A stretch of 13,775 nt of DNA from an uncultured Nitrososphaerales archaeon (lineage in GTDB: Archaea; Thermoproteota; Nitrososphaeria; Nitrososphaerales; Nitrososphaeraceae). The notes beneath the pieces are model-generated. The model saw nothing but the letters and a program-made list of their open reading frames with translations, was not told where the DNA came from and did no database searches. The DNA lies in NCBI GenBank assembly GCA_963709405.1, contig CAVPXM010000088.1, forward strand, positions 1 through 13,775, given 5' to 3'. Positions 9,725 to 13,775 of this stretch are shown piece after piece (positions within the stretch are counted from its first letter, which is position 1; each line of letters starts with the position of its first letter). The position numbers and the translations under genes are program-made.

Positions 9725-10315
9725 ATACTTGTACATGTCGTTGCTAGCGGACGAATACATTTTAGGAGAAAAAAGTAGGAATGATGGCGTTTGAAAAAAT
9801 ATTGAATCCCTCCAAGATAATCAAATTTTTCTCTATTATCTACCTATGTCCGCGGGCTAATGCCTGCATGACATCCCAGTCCTTTATCTAGAGAAGCCAC
9901 TTAATCTTCCTATATGCAGTAGTATGATGGATATTGCATTCCTTATGACCTCGTTAACTGATTTCTCCCTAACCGTAGCGACAAACGTGACAATCTCCTG
10001 ATCCTCCGAGGCGGATTAATACGGATTGTCTTATTTGGTACTGCAGGAGCTCATCTTCTATCTATAAATGTCTATATTAAGTTAGATATTGATAAAAAAT
10101 CGTTACGTGACCCAATCGAATATTCCAGAATCTCTAACCTCAATTCTGTTGCCTTGTCAATCAGATGCATAAGTATTGTTATCTTCATATATGCGTCTTT
10201 TATGCGAATAATCGAAAAATGGTTGATTATTGCTCAGGCCGAACATACAAATCCATGAACTTTTTGTCTATCGACCTTTACTTCTACAGGGCCCCTGCAT
10301 TCCTTTTTGACTACC

Positions 10316-10363
10316 CGTGGACTTAAGATAACGGTCATAGGCCAGTGGGTTCGATCCGCTGCA
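10316..10363 (+). other. Possible degenerate 3' half of tRNA-Leu(TAA)
   Basis: CGTGGA-CTTAAGA-TAACG (anticodon-loop-like), GGTCATAGGCC (variable-arm hairpin), GTGGGTTCGATCC (T-arm-like), ending CTGCA. There is no D-arm or 5' acceptor strand, and the stems are imperfect. Confidence 0.3.
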
Positions 10364-10373
10364 TGTTCAAAGA

Positions 10374-10841
10374 CGGTTAAATCCATAAGTGATTATTATT
10401 ATTCATCACCAACGTTGACATAGTCTTGTTAGACATAACATCATCAAAGACGTGTCCAGGAGAACACATTACGACTTATGAAATCTAGGATCCCAACGTT
10501 CTATCGTTCATGTGGAACAGGGGGAGATAATCTACGCATTTCAAGTACTCCTGATCGCAGAACCACCTCATATAACTTTCAGGAAGTGCATTGAGCCGTG
10601 GAAACCGACACACATGTTTGGCTTGTCGTTTCTCAAACAAAATGGATCAGGAAATATAAGGTTAAGCACCTCAGTTATAATTGCCATCGAAATCCGCAGA
10701 GCTCTGTGAACTTGTCACTATTTACACAATCATGCGTCCCTAAGCTTGGATGGAGTCCTTCCCTTATGCTTTCAATACCGTTGCGACCAACTAATTTGTT
10801 CTCAATATAGCAGTCCCTGTTCCTCGTCGAATAAAGAATAA
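10374..10841. repeat. Copy 2 of the diverged ~480 bp direct repeat
   Basis: See copy 1; the offset is about 1334-1352 bp. Confidence 0.95.
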
Positions 10842-10900
10842 GGACATTTATCGACTTGTTTAGATCAGACATTTGTTTGGCTTTCAACAGTCCCACGAGA
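10420..10900 (-). pseudogene. More degraded second copy of the HhH-like domain gene
   Basis: NRDCYIENKLVGRNGIESIREGL...AIITEVLNLIFPDPFCLRNDKP...RFPRLNALPESY...DQEYLKCVDYL with several frameshifts and stops. Confidence 0.55.
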
Positions 10901-11265
10901 TCATTGGACGTGATCTTTCCTTGTTAGAACATTTACATTTTTTGGCAAGATAGGGGTCAGTGGAACGCACCGCATAGAAAATAGGGTGAGAATTCAGCAA
11001 AGGAGGAAATCGCTTCAGAAATAAGGTAGAAACTGGCTTAGAGAATATTCTAAAGGAATACTGAGAATAATCCAATATATTACCATCCCAAGTCTTGAAT
11101 ACTGGCCTAAACGGAAGGCAGTCGTGCCCCATGTTATTATAAAGGATATAATAGAAGATGTTACATAAGTAGAGTTGAGCATTTATAAGCAGCGATTTAA
11201 ACTAATTATAAACATGTTGTACCAATGTATATCATTTCCATTCTATAACGTTTAAATATATTAAA

Positions 11266-11668
11266 ATGGTCCTCAAAACCAATAACCTTTCATCCATTTG
11301 CAAAGACATACTACAAGCTGATAATTCTATTAGATTCGCAGGAATTGCAAACAAATTTGGTAGCAAAGCCGTGTCTGAATACAGAAAAGGCTTAGTTCCG
11401 TTGTTGACAGAAAGTGAATCGGCGTTATCCACCATTGAATCAGTTATAAGGATGAATACTAGGAGAGAAGAAAAGGCTGTAGAATTAAAGCTTGGTAGAC
11501 CTATCTATTCATTTACATTGTATGAGAAAATAAAACGAGTAACACTCTTCGCTAGATGATCAAGATTATCCTATTCTTATGGTGTCATTGGATAGAGAAG
11601 TAACAAATCAAGAACCAGTAGTTTTGAATAAGATTTTATCAATTGTGAAAACAGAAGAGAAGGATTAA
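11266..11668 (+). CDS. Stand-alone DUF6659-like (roadblock/profilin-like) protein; frameshift near 11550
   Basis: CKDILQADNSIRFAGIANKFG...YRKGLVPLLTESES...LGRPIYSFTLYEKIKRVT continues in another frame as LDDQDYPILMVSLDRE...VLNKILSIVKTEEKD to TAA at 11666-11668. It is visibly paralogous to the domain at 4752..5105. Confidence 0.8.
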
Positions 11669-11863
11669 TGGTATTGCATCTCGCGTAAAAGAAATATGGT
11701 TTGCCGGTGATTATGCATGTCAGAAAGATAAGTCAGAGCTACTGATAATTCAGTTCTTGGAGAGGGGGGGGTAGTAATAGATAATATAAATAATAATAGA
11801 GCAGTAAAAATGGAATCATACCTAGATGTTAAGAATAACAACTATTGGAAAAAGGTAACATAT

Positions 11864-12058
11864 CTAATTGATAATGATGGAGGGTATGCTCGAGCTTAGG
11901 GCAACGAATTTTATAGTGCTGGTGGTGGAAAACCCAACTAGTATATAATAACAAATTCTGGAGCAGTAGTTACTTTTAGACCAAATATTATTGCTGGGAT
12001 TTTGCAGATTTGAGCATAATGGAGATTCAACCTCTTCGTCTCTTTCTGTTATTGTCAT
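11864..12058 (-). CDS. Small hypothetical protein, possibly a Cys-rich zinc-finger microprotein (frameshifted)
   Basis: MTITERDEEVESPLCS; with compensating shifts it reads LCSICKIPAIIFGLK.NYCSRIC. Confidence 0.3.
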   Translation of the reverse strand: MTITERDEEVESPLCSNLQNPSNNIWSKSNYCSRICYYILVGFSTTSTIKFVALSSSIPSIIIN

Positions 12059-12090
12059 GTTCTTGAACTATTGACTTAATATCTATGTGA

Positions 12091-12256
12091 GGAACATTTG
12101 AAATTATTGGATATTTCAGAATCTATGCTAAAGGAACGTCCTATACTGAAAAGAGTATGAGAGGCAGTTCAAGAAATTCCTTCCCCTAAAATAACTCATG
12201 ATGCTGTTTCGGCCTATAAGTCCTGGAGGAAAGAAGTTTGTTCGCGCAGATACTAA
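12091..12256 (+). pseudogene. Possible class I SAM-dependent methyltransferase relic
   Basis: Fragments in canonical order: EIIG/DISESMLK (motif II), QEIPSPKITHDAV (cf. LPFPDNSFDAV), ISPGGK (cf. LKPGG). Stops and deletions are present. Confidence 0.35.
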
Positions 12257-12588
12257 TCGACAGTACTAAGCAAATATTTTCAATAATACTGATAAATCGA
12301 CCGATTGGTTCCTATTATCAGCTCACACCTTCTCCTTCGAATAAATTTGTCACAAAATCGTCCTATCTTTTTTCCAAATCAGGAAATGTAAGTTGGCATA
12401 GGCATTGAACATGTGTTTATTAAGTAAAGGTTAGCAATAATGCCGGCTGAAACATTCTATCAACAAGAGATAGCAGAACAAATAATGAAGACATTAATTA
12501 CCGGCAGATCAAGACGTACAGTTTTATTTTCCGCACAATAGAATAATCCACTAAATTTTAATGCAGTCCGTGGAAATAACATTTTGCT

Positions 12589-13719
12589 TCAAATCCATTT
12601 CTTCTTCTTAAAATATATGACCATGACTCCTGCTATCGCTGCCATCGATGATAAAACATAGTAGTATCCTAATGGTGAATGAAGCTCTGGCATGACATCG
12701 AAATTCATACCATAGATACCAGTTATCAATGTAAGAGGAAGAATAATTGTGGCAATGACCGTAAGCGTTCTGATTGTTTCATTCAGGTTTGCGCTTAAGG
12801 ACGAGTTGTAGGCTTCACGCAAGTTGATAACTCTCTGATGCATATTCTCCACGCTGTTTTCTAAATATGCTACTCTGTCATTTATTGAGCGAATGTGTCT
12901 CATAGAATCATTGCCAAGCTTTGCTTGTACAACTCCGTTGATAACGTCTGCGAATGCTTGCGTTATCATCGCAAGACTACTTTCTAGAAAACTTAGTTTT
13001 CTTCGAATCAAAAGTATATCTAATAGTTGTGACTTTGGGGGTTTTTCAAGTATAACATAGTCTTCAATCTGCTCTAGTTGAGTATTGATCTTGTCTATTA
13101 CGGGATAATAGTTTGAAATAACTTCTTCTATTGCAAAGCGATATACCATTTCACATACTCCTATACTGTAGTCCATGGTATCACTTTTTTGGGTGGATGA
13201 TGAGGACGTGGTTGTTTATGTTGTTCTGATAATGGCAAAGGAGATAGATGAGATGATATCAAACTTCTACTGATTCTTTGTTTAATATTCGTCTGAAATT
13301 GCTGATTGTGGAAATTTATGGTAATTATCCATCTTCGCTCTAAAAAAATGTATAGGTCGTCTTCTTCAAGATTACTATCAGCGGCAGCCATCATTTCCCT
13401 TATCACTCTCTTCTCCTCCTTTTACTATGTCCGCTTTTTGCTCTTTATATCGTACTCCATCTATAATTGTAAACAGATATGTATCATATTCTTCTATCTT
13501 GGAAGGTTGATGTGTGTGAACTATCGCGTCTACTGTTAATGGATGTAAACCAAAAACATCTTGTAATTGAAAAATATTGACAGGATCATCAGCGTGGATC
13601 CATAACGACTCCTCTGGATTTTCCACCATCTCTTTTCTAAGTGATCGGAAAGATGCAAAATCTGAAATATGGGCTTGTTTAATATTGTGTTTGTCTATAA
13701 TATGAGCAGATAGTGTCAA
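12589..13719 (-). CDS. corA: CorA-family Mg2+/Co2+ transporter, split into three ORFs by two frameshifts
   Basis: N-terminal LWIH...FGLHPLTVDAI...PSKIEEYDTYLF (13378..13719), middle DLYIFLERRWIIT (13161..13406), C-terminal LNETIRTLTVIATIILPLTLITGIYGMNFDVMPEL...FKKKKWI (12589..13176). Shifts fall near 13390 and at the A6 run 13185-13190. Confidence 0.92.
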
Positions 13720-13775
13720 TTGGCTTGTTGTACTTACAGTAGCCTACCTAAATAGTTCTTGAACGACTGATCTAC

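Noticed and set aside
9023-10841. Repeat pair as a diversity-generating retroelement TR/VR
   Set aside because: Mismatches are not adenine-restricted on either strand (C/G and G/T changes, many indels), and there is no reverse transcriptase in the window.
11180-11262. TATA-like boxes upstream of the DUF6659-like gene
   Set aside because: Several equally plausible AT-rich candidates exist, and none can be assigned without transcription start data.
11764-11771. G8 tract as a phase-variation switch
   Set aside because: It is intergenic between convergent genes and not in an evident ORF or promoter.
13180-13195. Programmed -1 frameshift at AAAAAAG in corA
   Set aside because: The run is not in A_AAA_AAG phase (it reads CCC AAA AAA GTG), a second shift is also needed, and indels are widespread in the window.

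Overview
AT-rich archaeal-looking window. Gene content suggests a soil ammonia-oxidising archaeon (Nitrososphaeraceae); this is inference from DUF6659-like roadblock/profilin-fold proteins, a stand-alone receiver domain, an FxLYD-like exported protein and the IS5 type. Many genes are split by single-base indels, so the ORF track fragments real genes. Reconstructed order: (1) a ~750 aa protein with ~8-9 TM helices fused to a type-1 periplasmic-binding (Venus-flytrap, LivJ-like) domain; (2) a small hypothetical gene abutting a 5'-truncated NDH-2-like oxidoreductase; (3) a bis-His membrane domain fused to a DUF6659-like domain; (4) a dead IS5-family transposase; (5) three minus-strand exported/surface proteins; (6) a decayed zone with two diverged ~480 bp copies of an HhH-like domain gene, a receiver-domain relic and a possible tRNA-Leu 3' relic; (7) a stand-alone DUF6659-like gene; (8) small relics; (9) corA. 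The best candidate for an undescribed system is the set of kinase-less membrane sensor fusions plus DUF6659-like partners. All family calls come from reading motifs by eye; no searches were run.
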